Source: Gammaproteobacteria bacterium (GTDB lineage Bacteria; Pseudomonadota; Gammaproteobacteria; Steroidobacterales; Woeseiaceae). Taken from it: DNA of 64,000 nt. Location of the stretch: assembly GCA_030429005.1 (NCBI GenBank), contig JAUIDP010000005.1, positions 9,525 to 73,524 on the forward strand, written 5' to 3'. Numbering within the stretch: the stretch's first letter is position 1; every line of letters starts with the position of its first letter. Position numbers and translations under genes: made by a program. This document shows, in pieces, positions 28,885-37,857 of the stretch. The notes beneath the pieces are model-generated. The model was not told the origin of the DNA and made no database searches. It worked only from the letters and a program-made list of their open reading frames with translations.

Positions 28885-29133
28885 CTAGGATTTGTTCTGT
28901 GCGTCAGCATCCGGCCCGTCTCGGGATTCAGCGGGAGCCGACTTGCCCGTGAAGAGTGCCTTCAGCTTGTACCAGTAGAGTCGCAAAACACCCATCGCTA
29001 CGGCAATTCCGGCCAGGATGCTTTGCAAAATAATACTGCCGGTGCCCGGGTCGAGATAGGCATGCGCCGGCGCTGCGAACGCGGTGCAGCCCAGCAAAGA
29101 CAGCGAAATTCGAATGGCGCGACGACGTAACAT
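28885..29133 (-). CDS. Small membrane protein (82 aa) with YLDPGTGS motif
   Basis: Start trimmed to MLRRRAIRISL (ATG at 29133). Signal or TM segment, then AYLDPGTGSIILQSILAGIAVAMGVL. Its stop abuts the methyltransferase start codon. Confidence 0.5.
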   Translation of the reverse strand: MLRRRAIRISLSLLGCTAFAAPAHAYLDPGTGSIILQSILAGIAVAMGVLRLYWYKLKALFTGKSAPAESRDGPDADAQNKS

Positions 29134-29317
29134 GGTATGGCCTCCGACCCATAACGTAGGGCCAAGCGATTGAAATTGGTACGATATTTTAGCGTTTAAC
29201 ATAGTGTCCGGCATGCCGTTGTGTGTGACGCGATCCACAGTTTCATGCACTGCTGCCTGCTCGGAGCAGCCGGTTTCGGCCCGCGAGGACGCATAACCCC
29301 GCACAAGCGGCCATGCA

Positions 29318-29354
29318 CTGTCAAATTGACAGCCTGCGACCCCGGGCGTTTAAT
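29318..29354 (+). promoter_or_regulatory. Putative sigma70 promoter of the TonB-dependent receptor overlapped by a 15-bp palindrome
   Basis: Palindrome CTGTCAAATTGACAG (29318-29332) contains a perfect -35 TTGACA (29326-29331). 17-nt spacer, then -10-like TTTAAT (29349-29354). ATG at 29387. Confidence 0.45.
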
Positions 29355-29386
29355 GAGACCAGATTTCAAGTTTCGGGGGGAACACC

Positions 29387-31822
29387 ATGAAGTTGCTGCA
29401 AAATAACGGCCCACTGTTCGCGTTCGCCGGCATGCTGATCGGCACAACGATTTCCACGGACGCACTCGGCCAGACCGATCGTATTCTCGAGGAAATCGTC
29501 GTCACGGCGGCGTATCGCGAGCAGGGCCTGCAGGACGTCCCTGTCTCGATCTCGATGGTCACCGGCGAAAAGATCACCGAGTCGGCATTGCAGAAAGCCG
29601 AGGACATACAGTTCCTCGTACCCAACTTCACGCTGACGGAAACCGGCATCGGCACCAATGCCTTCATTCGCGGCATCGGCTCGGGCATCAACCAGGCGTT
29701 CGAGCAGTCGGTCGGCACCTATGTCGACGGCGTCTACTTCGGGCGAGCACAGCAGTGGCGGGCCCCGTATCTCGACCTGGAACGCATCGAGGTCCTGCGC
29801 GGACCGCAGTCGATCCTGTTCGGCAAGAATTCTGTTGCCGGCGCGGTCAATATCACGACAGCCAAACCCGGCGATGAATTCGAAGCCAGTCTGTTCGCAT
29901 CGCAGGAAATGGAGTTCAACGAAACGATTGTCGAGGGCATTCTGTCCGGCCCGATCTCGGACCGTTTTCGCGCGCGGCTTGCAGCCCGCTCGCGCGACGG
30001 TGATGGCCACATGCGCAATGCCACGTTGAACAACGACGAGCCAAACCGCGAAGACTGGAATGTGCGCGCGACGCTGGAATTCGACGTCACCGAGAACCTG
30101 CTGGCAACGTTCAAGGCCGAAATGGGCGAGTTTGACGTCAGGGGCCGCAATATCGAGGTCATCAACGAACTGCCAATCGCAGCGGGACCGTTCGCCGGGC
30201 TGCAGTACAACCAGGTACTGCAGATCTTCGGCGGGGACCCCAGCACCGGCAATGTCGTCAAGGATGGGATCCGCTCATCCAACGGAGATTTCAGCAACAA
30301 CGAACTGAACAACTTTGTACTGACGCTGGACTGGGACATTGGTGAATACCAGTTCAAATCGATAACCGCCCTGTCCGAGTTTGACTATGACGAGTTCTGC
30401 GATTGCGATTACACCGGTACCAACCTGTTCGGTGCGGCGCTGCAGGAATCTTACGACCAGTTCAGCCAGGAGTTTCGGCTGGCATCGCCGGTCGGCGGAA
30501 CGATCGACTACATCGTTGGCCTGTACTACCAGACCAGCGATCATGACTATGCCGACCAGATCATCGTGACGGCCGACTCGGCACTCGTACCGATTGTCAA
30601 TGCATTGAACCCGGGCGCCGGGGACTTGCTGGCGGGCACGCAAGCAGCCAGGGCTGCGAATGTCGACGCCGATGTGTTGTCGGCCTTTGCCCAGGTCAAC
30701 TTCAATATTACCGACAAGCTGACCATCCAGGCCGGTGGCCGGGTCACGCAGGACGATCGCGATGGCGATCGTACGATGGTCATTACCGCCGACGATGGTT
30801 CATCGCTGCCGGCACCTCAGGCAGGCTCGCCGATTGTCTATGGTGGCCTGTTCGGCATTACATCCACCAACCTTTCTGCCCTGGCAGACCTCGGCGTACC
30901 CGAGGCAATCGGCCTGACCGCTGCGCTGGGCGAATTGCCGGTCAACGGTTCGCGGGACACGACGAAGTTCTCGCCCGAAGTGAAACTGATTTTTGATTCA
31001 AATGACAATGTCATGCTGTACGCGAGCTGGTCTGAGGGATTCAAGTCGGGCAGCTTCGATTTCCGGGCGAACAACCGCAACTTCTACCCGACGATGGAAG
31101 ATTCATTCGAATTCGACGATGAAGAAGCGAGCAACATCGAATTCGGCGGCAAATTCATCCTTGGCAACGGATCGGCAGAACTGAACGCCGCCCTGTACTT
31201 CACCGAGTTCGATGATTTGCAGATCTCGATCTTCGATGGCGTACTCGGGTTCAACGTCGGCAATGCTGCCTCGGCCGAGGTCCAGGGCGCCGAACTCGAC
31301 TTCCGCTGGGCCATGACTGATCGCCTGACGGTCTACGGCGGACTCGCCTACACGGACTTTGAATTCACCGACTTCAGGAACGGCCAGTGCTATTTCGGCC
31401 GTCCACCTGATGTCGACATCGACAACGACGGCACACCGGAGCTCTGCGACTACACCGGCGAGTCAAACCAGCTGGTCTCCAAGTGGCAGGGCAATGTGAC
31501 CTTCGACTACAGCCGCCCGGTCTTCAGCAGCCTGCGTTTCGGCATGGCCGTGGACTATTTCTTCACCAGCAAGTATGACGCTTCGGCAACATTCGACCCG
31601 GCGCTGGTGCAGAACGCGTACGGCTCGATGAACTACCGCCTGAGCCTCGGCTCCGACAGCGGCAGCTGGCAGCTGGCGTTTCTCGCACGCAACATCACGG
31701 ACAACAAGATCCTGAGCTTCGGTGGCGATACACCGCTGGCCAGCACGCTCGGCGCGAAGTCGAACTACGCCTTTTTCGGCCAGGGCAGGTCATACACGGT
31801 GCAGGGACTACTACGCTTCTAG
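29387..31822 (+). CDS. TonB-dependent outer-membrane receptor
   Basis: Signal peptide. Plug domain (LEEIVVTA...VPVSISMV...IEVLRGPQSILFGKNSVAGAVNI). A long beta-barrel. C-terminal ...YTVQGLLRF. Confidence 0.92.
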   Translation: MKLLQNNGPLFAFAGMLIGTTISTDALGQTDRILEEIVVTAAYREQGLQDVPVSISMVTGEKITESALQKAEDIQFLVPNFTLTETGIGTNAFIRGIGSGINQAFEQSVGTYVDGVYFGRAQQWRAPYLDLERIEVLRGPQSILFGKNSVAGAVNITTAKPGDEFEASLFASQEMEFNETIVEGILSGPISDRFRARLAARSRDGDGHMRNATLNNDEPNREDWNVRATLEFDVTENLLATFKAEMGEFDVRGRNIEVINELPIAAGPFAGLQYNQVLQIFGGDPSTGNVVKDGIRSSNGDFSNNELNNFVLTLDWDIGEYQFKSITALSEFDYDEFCDCDYTGTNLFGAALQESYDQFSQEFRLASPVGGTIDYIVGLYYQTSDHDYADQIIVTADSALVPIVNALNPGAGDLLAGTQAARAANVDADVLSAFAQVNFNITDKLTIQAGGRVTQDDRDGDRTMVITADDGSSLPAPQAGSPIVYGGLFGITSTNLSALADLGVPEAIGLTAALGELPVNGSRDTTKFSPEVKLIFDSNDNVMLYASWSEGFKSGSFDFRANNRNFYPTMEDSFEFDDEEASNIEFGGKFILGNGSAELNAALYFTEFDDLQISIFDGVLGFNVGNAASAEVQGAELDFRWAMTDRLTVYGGLAYTDFEFTDFRNGQCYFGRPPDVDIDNDGTPELCDYTGESNQLVSKWQGNVTFDYSRPVFSSLRFGMAVDYFFTSKYDASATFDPALVQNAYGSMNYRLSLGSDSGSWQLAFLARNITDNKILSFGGDTPLASTLGAKSNYAFFGQGRSYTVQGLLRF

Positions 31823-32532
31823 CCGGCGTCCTTTTCGCACAGGAAGTAGACCTGGTACTGCCAGCGCAGTGGCCAGAACGGCAGCGCGAGCGCCTGTAGT
31901 GCCCTGGGAGGGACGGCCAGCCAGCCGTTCATCGAGATCCAGCGCCACGACAGGACGTGCAGGTCTTTCCAGCGGGCGGTGACGGACAGGCCAGCGGCTG
32001 CGAACAGTGCCTCCCACTCGGGCAATGGACGCACGACCTCTTTTGCGTCGACCTGGTTGGTGCCACCGAACAGGCCGAGTTTGCGGGTCAGGAAATCGGC
32101 ATTCGGCACGAGAATCAGGAATCGGGCATCGTCTTTCGCGACACGCGCCATTTCCTTCAGCGCATTGACCGGCTCGACAAAGTGCTCGAGTGATCCCAGG
32201 CAGCTCACCAGGTCGAAGGAATTGTCAGAAAATGGCAACTGCTCGGCGGGGCCGGCATGAAACTCCCCTTCCGGCATATGTTTCGCACAGTAGTCGATCG
32301 CGCGCTCCGCCAGGTCGACGCCGGCGATCCCGGCACCGGCGTCCAGGCAGGTATGCAGCCATTCGCCAAGCCCACAGGCAACATCGAGCACCCTGTCTCC
32401 CGGGGCAATACCGACTTTTTTGCGCAAACCTTCGAGATGGGCATTGCCCTGCAACGGCTTGTCCGCATTCGCATAATAGACGCCGTCATAAAACGACTTC
32501 ATTTCGGTAAGATTCGGGTCTGACTCGCTCAT
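31819..32532 (-). CDS. Class I SAM-dependent methyltransferase (Methyltransf_11-like)
   Basis: VLDVACGLGEW (motif I), GVDL and FDLVSCLGSLEHF. The start abuts the GT4 stop. Confidence 0.85.
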   Translation of the reverse strand: MSESDPNLTEMKSFYDGVYYANADKPLQGNAHLEGLRKKVGIAPGDRVLDVACGLGEWLHTCLDAGAGIAGVDLAERAIDYCAKHMPEGEFHAGPAEQLPFSDNSFDLVSCLGSLEHFVEPVNALKEMARVAKDDARFLILVPNADFLTRKLGLFGGTNQVDAKEVVRPLPEWEALFAAAGLSVTARWKDLHVLSWRWISMNGWLAVPPRALQALALPFWPLRWQYQVYFLCEKDAG

Positions 32533-33660
32533 CTAGTGCAATACCTGCGCAATGCATGCCTCCATCTGCTGATTGTAATTGCTCCAGCAGAAGGTCCTCG
32601 CGAACCCGGCGGACGACGCCCTGAGGTCCGACCCGGCGACTGCCTCGACCGAGCGGGCAAACGCGTTGTAGTCACCGGCAACAACCAGTGCGCCATTGAC
32701 GCCATCCTTCACGGCATCGCCAACGCCACCGCAGTCAAACGCAACCGTCGGTGTGCCGTGGGCAGCAGCCTCGATCGCAACCATGCCGAACCCTTCCACA
32801 TCGCCCGGCGTTTCAAGCAGCGGAAAGACGAAGACATCTGCCGCCGCGTACAACCTGGGCAGGTCTTCCTCGGTGGCATAGCCCAGCAAGCGTACCTGGT
32901 CCTGCAGTGCATGTTGCTTGATAGCCGCATCAATGCTGTCCAACACGGACGTCTTCGGCCGGTTCAGGGCATTTGCCGGCTCGGTCCCGGCAACCAGCAG
33001 AAGCCAGTTCGGGTCGCGGGCAACGAGGGCCGGCATCGACCGGTCAATGAATTCGGCAAGGCCCTTGCGCGGCATCAACCGTCCGACGGATAGCAGGACA
33101 CGATGCGATGCATAGCCGAGTTGCTGCCTTGCTGCCTCGCGCGGCGGGATGCTGTCGGGCAGCTCGACGCCAGGGTTGATGATGGTGATGCGTTCTTCGC
33201 TTACGCCACTGGCCATCGCCAGGCGCGCGGTATTGCGGCTGTTGCACACAGCGACATCGGCCATCCTCAGAAACGGCACGAACAGCCACTGGTAGATGCG
33301 GGACTCCGCAATGATGTCGAGGCCATGCAACAGCAACATCGAACGGGCACCTGCCAGTTTTGCCAGCGGCACGACGACAATCCCCACCAGGCCGCTGCCG
33401 CCGATGACCAACTCCGGTGCACCCGTCGTCACTCGCAGCCAGATACCTTTCAGCAATGTCAGGACAAGGAACACCGGCGTCGGTGAAATGCCGGTCTCAC
33501 GAACCACCGCAGCTTCAGCCACATGAGCCTTGCACCCGCCCGGTCCGAGCAGCTGCACATCGTGATTGTCGGCAAGGCCACGATACAACTCGTAGCAAAG
33601 CCGCTCCATCCCGCCATTGAGTGGCGGGAAGTTGCGGCTGACCAGGGTGATTTTTGCCAT
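32533..33660 (-). CDS. Glycosyltransferase family 4 (GT-B fold)
   Basis: C-terminal E-x7-E region EGFGMVAIEAAAHGTPTVAFDCGG. N-terminal GGMER motif. Confidence 0.9.
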   Translation of the reverse strand: MAKITLVSRNFPPLNGGMERLCYELYRGLADNHDVQLLGPGGCKAHVAEAAVVRETGISPTPVFLVLTLLKGIWLRVTTGAPELVIGGSGLVGIVVVPLAKLAGARSMLLLHGLDIIAESRIYQWLFVPFLRMADVAVCNSRNTARLAMASGVSEERITIINPGVELPDSIPPREAARQQLGYASHRVLLSVGRLMPRKGLAEFIDRSMPALVARDPNWLLLVAGTEPANALNRPKTSVLDSIDAAIKQHALQDQVRLLGYATEEDLPRLYAAADVFVFPLLETPGDVEGFGMVAIEAAAHGTPTVAFDCGGVGDAVKDGVNGALVVAGDYNAFARSVEAVAGSDLRASSAGFARTFCWSNYNQQMEACIAQVLH

Positions 33661-33712
33661 GCGCCGGAGTCTACATGACTTGCATCCGGCATGGCGTCGC
33701 CAGCGAGTGCCG

Positions 33713-34285
33713 TTACTGGTCTACTTTGACGACTTTCTCGATTTTCTTTACAAATACCCGACCTTCGTGCGGCCCTTCATGGTCGACGAACTCCACGTCG
33801 TTGCCGTGCCCTGCCGACTCGAGAATTGAGCGAATCGACATTCGCGTTGCTTCGTCGATCGGTTCCCGGCTGACGACAACGGTACCGCCGGGCTGTGCCA
33901 CCGTGGCATTCCCGTGCTGACGGATCACTTGCAGGTTGATGTCGGCCTCGCCGCCTTCAGCCACCCAGTGAAAGTCATCGCTGTCCAGTTCCGCAAAGTC
34001 CGGCAATTCGATGGTTTCCCCGTCGACATTGAAGCTGAAACCCGACGAGTTGCGGGTAACGAGGATAGACCGCCCTTGCTCGTCGACAACCGAGCGCGTC
34101 TCGCCGACCTGCATATCGTCCAGGTCAAAGCCAAGTTCATCGCTGTTCAACGTAATCGCAACGTTGTCTCCTGCGCCATCCCCGGCAACGCCAATGATGA
34201 CGTGTTTCTTTTCTTCCGCCGCGATGCCGCCCCCGCCCAGGCCAAGCAATGCAGCAGCCAGTAATGCTTTCGTGCATGTGTTCAC
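33713..34285 (-). CDS. Hypothetical secreted acidic protein
   Basis: Start set at GTG 34285, with AAGAGGGG 7 nt upstream, giving MNTCTKALLAAALLGLGGGGIAA-EE. The ATG at 34318 is an alternative. The tracked 257-aa form overlaps sequence unlikely to be coding. No recognised domain. Confidence 0.5.
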   Translation of the reverse strand: MNTCTKALLAAALLGLGGGGIAAEEKKHVIIGVAGDGAGDNVAITLNSDELGFDLDDMQVGETRSVVDEQGRSILVTRNSSGFSFNVDGETIELPDFAELDSDDFHWVAEGGEADINLQVIRQHGNATVAQPGGTVVVSREPIDEATRMSIRSILESAGHGNDVEFVDHEGPHEGRVFVKKIEKVVKVDQ

Positions 34286-34358
34286 GATGTGCCCCTCTTG
34301 TTGGTTGGTGTACGACATCAAAGATGCGCCTACCGCCGGAATCGTCGCAGCCGGGGCG

Positions 34359-35258
34359 TCAATCGGCCCGGCGCATGGCCAGAAGAACGATGCTGCCGGC
34401 GACGAAATGCCACAGGCTCCAGACGGCCGCGACAGCCGCCGCGCCGCCCAGGCCCTGGAACTGGGCCAGCAGGATGACAATGGCAAGCCCCGAGTTCTGG
34501 ATACCCAGCTCGAACACCAGTGCGCGTCGGGTCGGACGGTCTGTCCGCAGCAACAGGCCGGTTACTGCGCCGATCGTCAACGCTGCGGCGTTGTGCAGCG
34601 TCGTATACATGACCAGCATCGGCATTGCCGGCAACAGCAACGGCAGGAAGCTCGCGGCGCCGTAGATGATGACCGCGACCAGCGCTACGGTGCCGACGCG
34701 CGCCACCCGGCGCTGCAGCACCGCCGCAAACCCCGGATGGCGCGATGCCACCAGCATGCCAATGGCCAGTGGCACCACGAGCAGGATCGTCGTTTGCGCA
34801 AGGAACGCCAGTGGCCGGAAATCGATGCTGTCGAGGAGCATCGCTGTCGGCGCATAGGCCTGTGACGTCATGACGATCAGGAACGGCGTCAGGATGGCTG
34901 CCAGCGCACTGGAGGCGCCAGTCAGTGAAACGGAATAGGCGACATTGCCGCGTGCCAGGAACGTGAAGTAATTGGAGACGACCCCACCCGGACAACTGGC
35001 GACGACGAACATGCCCAGGGCAATCGAAGGTGGCGGACGCAACAACATGACCAGGCAGAACGTGGCCAGTGGCAATGCGACAACCTGGGCTAAGACGCCA
35101 GCGACCAGGTCGCCGCGGCGTTGTAACAGTGCCGCGAAGTTTTGCGGATGCAGGCTCAGTGCGATGCTGAACATCAGCAGCATCAACGCGATGGCCAACG
35201 CAAACTGCCCGATCGGGTCGAGGACTATGCGCAGTTCATCGAGTGTTTCGATTTCCAT
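34359..35258 (-). CDS. Bile acid:sodium symporter (BASS/SBF) family transporter
   Basis: 10-TM protein with SBF motifs (LLMFSIALSL, VASCPGGVVSNYFTFLARGNVAYSV, ELGIQNSGLA). Confidence 0.88.
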   Translation of the reverse strand: MEIETLDELRIVLDPIGQFALAIALMLLMFSIALSLHPQNFAALLQRRGDLVAGVLAQVVALPLATFCLVMLLRPPPSIALGMFVVASCPGGVVSNYFTFLARGNVAYSVSLTGASSALAAILTPFLIVMTSQAYAPTAMLLDSIDFRPLAFLAQTTILLVVPLAIGMLVASRHPGFAAVLQRRVARVGTVALVAVIIYGAASFLPLLLPAMPMLVMYTTLHNAAALTIGAVTGLLLRTDRPTRRALVFELGIQNSGLAIVILLAQFQGLGGAAAVAAVWSLWHFVAGSIVLLAMRRAD

Positions 35259-35270
35259 GAACGACGCATC

Positions 35271-35308
35271 GTATCAGGAGGGAGTCGAAAAGAACTCCCT
35301 CCTGATAC
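35271..35308 (-). terminator. Perfect 15-bp stem-loop between the small secreted-protein gene and the BASS gene
   Basis: GTATCAGGAGGGAGT (35271-35285), loop CGAAAAGA, ACTCCCTCCTGATAC (35294-35308). No U-tract on either strand. On the minus strand it ends 12 nt before the BASS ATG. Confidence 0.4.
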
Positions 35309-35323
35309 CGATTGCGACATTAT

Positions 35324-35671
35324 TCAGGCTCCGTTGCCGGCTTGGTCGATCGTGAATTGCATCGGCACGTTGTTGCCATTGACAACGCATGAGGTCGCGT
35401 ACTGGCGAATGGCGGCTTCGCTGCGCTCGTTGTACAGCGATGTTTCGATCGTCAGCTTGTAACCCACCGTGCGTTCTTTCACGCCGACAACTGCGTGACG
35501 GACACGAGTTGCATCGGCGTAGTTTGCGTTGTCCGCAACCGCTGCAACGCAAGAGCGAATCTCCGCATCAATCTCTGTCCATTCCTGTTTCGCAGCAGAG
35601 GCCTGTCCGGCCAGAGCCAGGCCGGCAAACGCTGCCAGCACGCCTGAAATAACTCGTTTGTGTGTCTTCAT
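35324..35671 (-). CDS. Hypothetical small secreted protein (115 aa)
   Basis: Start trimmed to MKTHKRVISGVLAAFAGLALAGQASA-AK (ATG at 35671, GGGAG 8 nt upstream). Two Cys residues. No recognised domain. Confidence 0.55.
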   Translation of the reverse strand: MKTHKRVISGVLAAFAGLALAGQASAAKQEWTEIDAEIRSCVAAVADNANYADATRVRHAVVGVKERTVGYKLTIETSLYNERSEAAIRQYATSCVVNGNNVPMQFTIDQAGNGA

Positions 35672-35694
35672 AGTCTTGCTCCCAGTATTTACAA

Positions 35695-35724
35695 ATATCA
35701 GAATGTTCATTCTGTTTTAGTCAA
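35695..35724 (-). promoter_or_regulatory. Operator-like palindrome (copy A) abutting a -35-like hexamer, upstream of the small secreted-protein gene
   Basis: Plus strand ATATCAGAATGTTCATTCTGTTTT (35695-35718) is 20/24 identical to copy B. TTGACT (minus strand, 35719-35724) abuts it. Confidence 0.55.
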
Positions 35725-35736
35725 AAAAAAGGATTT

Positions 35737-36321
35737 TCAGCCTGCAAGTGATGCCAGGGTGCTATCGACAACCCGGTTCAATGTTGCTTCATCAAATCCA
35801 CTCCGCCCCATTACCGCGAGGCCAAACATCGTGCTCGTCAAAAGATCTCCTGCGACCCGGGTGTCGACATCGTCGCGGACTTCACCGCGTTCCTTTGCTG
35901 ACTCCAGGCCGACGGCGAACGCCTTTGACATCCGCCCCATGAATTTCTGCAGTACTTCGCGAATCTCGTCGTCCTGGGGCGCCAGTTCCATCGCTGTATG
36001 CACGAACAGGCAGCCCTTGTTCTCCTCGATGCAGCACATGTCCTGCACGCGTTCCGCGAAAATAGTGCGGATATGTTGCAGCGACGCATCCGGTTCCAGC
36101 AGGCGCAGGAAGGACTTCTTGCCCATGCCCTCGGCGAAACGCTCCAGCGCCTGCTCGAACAGCTCGCGCTTGTTGCCAAAAGCACTGTACAGCCCGTAGC
36201 GGCTGACCCCGGTCGCCTGGACAATGTCTTCCATCGACGTTTCCGAGTAGCCTTTCGAGGCGAACAGGTCCACGACGCTGCTCAGCGCGCTGGAGGGATC
36301 GAATTTGCGTGTCCTGACCAT
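35737..36321 (-). CDS. TetR/AcrR-family transcriptional regulator
   Basis: Start trimmed to MVRTRKFDPSSAL. HTH motif YSETSMEDIVQATGVSRYGLYSAFGNKRELF. The tracked TTG at 36357 is the -35 hexamer of its own promoter. Confidence 0.88.
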   Translation of the reverse strand: MVRTRKFDPSSALSSVVDLFASKGYSETSMEDIVQATGVSRYGLYSAFGNKRELFEQALERFAEGMGKKSFLRLLEPDASLQHIRTIFAERVQDMCCIEENKGCLFVHTAMELAPQDDEIREVLQKFMGRMSKAFAVGLESAKERGEVRDDVDTRVAGDLLTSTMFGLAVMGRSGFDEATLNRVVDSTLASLAG

Positions 36322-36323
36322 GC

Positions 36324-36357
36324 AAAACAGAATACTCATTCTGTTTTGGCCTGTCAA
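36324..36357 (-). promoter_or_regulatory. tetR-family gene promoter (probably leaderless) with operator palindrome (copy B)
   Basis: Minus strand reads TTGACA (36357-36352), 17 nt, TATTCT (36334-36329), 7 nt, ATG. The 24-bp palindrome AAAACAGAAT-ACTC-ATTCTGTTTT (36324-36347) has perfect 10-bp arms and covers the spacer and the -10. Confidence 0.6.
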
Positions 36358-36450
36358 CCCCCTGGCAAGACGATTTTCCCTTGGACACCGGCGGTCGCAT
36401 TACACTAAGCTGCGCCGCTGACTCGCCGACTCCGACCTGACTTCGCGCTT

Positions 36451-37356
36451 ATGACCGAGATACGCAGCAATCAACTGGAAACCGCCATCGCCAACGGCGA
36501 TTTCATCATTACGGCAGAGGTCACTCCTGGCCTGGCTACAACGGCAGAACAATTGTTGCAACGGGCTGCACCGCTCAAGGGCAAAGCGACGGCGGTCAAC
36601 ATCACCGATGGCGCGGGTGCACAGGTTGCCATGTCGAGCCTGGCCGCATCGGCGATCCTGCAACAAAACGGTATCGAACCGGTCCTGCAGATGACCTGCC
36701 GTGACCGCAACCGCATTGCCCTCGCCGCGGATCTGCTCGGCGCGTCCGCGCTCGGGATTCGCAATATCCTGACGCTGACCGGTGACGATCCCGGCGTCGG
36801 CGACGAGCCCGATGCGAAGGGCGTCTTCGACTACTTTGCCGCAGACCTGTTGCAGTTGGCGCGGCATATGGCCGATACCGGGACGACCCGCTCCGGCCGC
36901 GAACTCGAGGCCAGGCCCCGGTTTCTCGTCGGTGGCGTCGATGCACCGTTCGATCCGCCTGTCGACTGGGTGCCGACAAAACTGCTGGAGCGCGCCGCGG
37001 ACGGGATGCGTTTCATACAAACCCAGTTTTGCTACGACCCGGACGTGACGGAGCGTTACGTCGCACGCCTCGCCGAGTCCGGCCTGCTGGACAACGTCGC
37101 ATTGCTGCTTGGTATCGGGCCGATTGCTTCTTTGCGCTCAGCCAAATGGATGAACGACAACCTGTTCGGCGTGTCGGTGCCGGCAGCGGTGCTGCGTCGA
37201 CTCGAAGCAGCCGACGACGAAGCGGCGGAAGGCCACCGAATTTGTGTCGAACTCATCGAACGCTACCGTGCACTGGACGGGGTTGCCGGTGTGCATATCA
37301 TGGCGCCAGCACAGAAGTCGCAGCGCATCGTCGATGTCATCGACGCACTGGCCTGA
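36451..37356 (+). CDS. Methylenetetrahydrofolate reductase-family protein
   Basis: FIITAEVTPG....AVNITDG....MSSLAASAILQQNGIEPVLQMTCRDRNRIAL..DLLGASALGIRNILTLTGDDP...QTQFCYD matches the MTHFR TIM-barrel pattern. Confidence 0.82.
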   Translation: MTEIRSNQLETAIANGDFIITAEVTPGLATTAEQLLQRAAPLKGKATAVNITDGAGAQVAMSSLAASAILQQNGIEPVLQMTCRDRNRIALAADLLGASALGIRNILTLTGDDPGVGDEPDAKGVFDYFAADLLQLARHMADTGTTRSGRELEARPRFLVGGVDAPFDPPVDWVPTKLLERAADGMRFIQTQFCYDPDVTERYVARLAESGLLDNVALLLGIGPIASLRSAKWMNDNLFGVSVPAAVLRRLEAADDEAAEGHRICVELIERYRALDGVAGVHIMAPAQKSQRIVDVIDALA

Positions 37357-37358
37357 AG

Positions 37359-37802
37359 TCACTCTGTTGCGACGAGCTCTGCCAGGACATCGCCTTCGGC
37401 GCTAACCAGCCGCAATGACTGGTCGCCGAGCTCGAAGCCGGTGGTTGCCTGCAGTGCCTGCAGGAATGCGGTTTCCAGGTCCATGATCTCCGGCGGGCAC
37501 GCCATGCGCGTCGAGCCGATTTCGCCCATCGAAATACCGTCGTCCGTCGTTTCGAGATTGCCAAAAAACTTGTTGCAGCCGCCATTGCCATTGAAGCTGC
37601 CATCGACCGCAAAATGCACGAACATCGCGTGCGCTTCCGGCAACCGACTATCGGCAATCACCAGTGGTCGCCAGTTCTTGCCGGCGATTTCGGCGCCGCC
37701 GGCGGGCAGGTTTTGCCGTGCCAGCTCCTGGCCTTGCAGCACCACCAGCGCCATGCCAGCGAGGAACAACAGGAAAAAACCGAATCCTATGGTCGCTTTC
37801 AT
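37359..37802 (-). CDS. META-domain (HslJ-like) protein
   Basis: Start trimmed to MKATIGFGFFLLFLAG (ATG at 37802). META pattern WRPLVI...NGNGGCNKFFGNLET....ISMGEIGSTRMACP...METAFLQAL. Confidence 0.75.
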   Translation of the reverse strand: MKATIGFGFFLLFLAGMALVVLQGQELARQNLPAGGAEIAGKNWRPLVIADSRLPEAHAMFVHFAVDGSFNGNGGCNKFFGNLETTDDGISMGEIGSTRMACPPEIMDLETAFLQALQATTGFELGDQSLRLVSAEGDVLAELVATE

Positions 37803-37857
37803 CGGGAAGCTCCGGGGAGTAGATACCAGAATTGAATAATGGCTTAATTGCAGGCCG

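Noticed and set aside
29134-29386. Cobalamin or other riboswitch, or a Fur box, in the TonB-dependent receptor leader
   Set aside because: The leader after the predicted promoter is only about 30 nt. No B12-box-like core or 19-bp Fur palindrome is visible.
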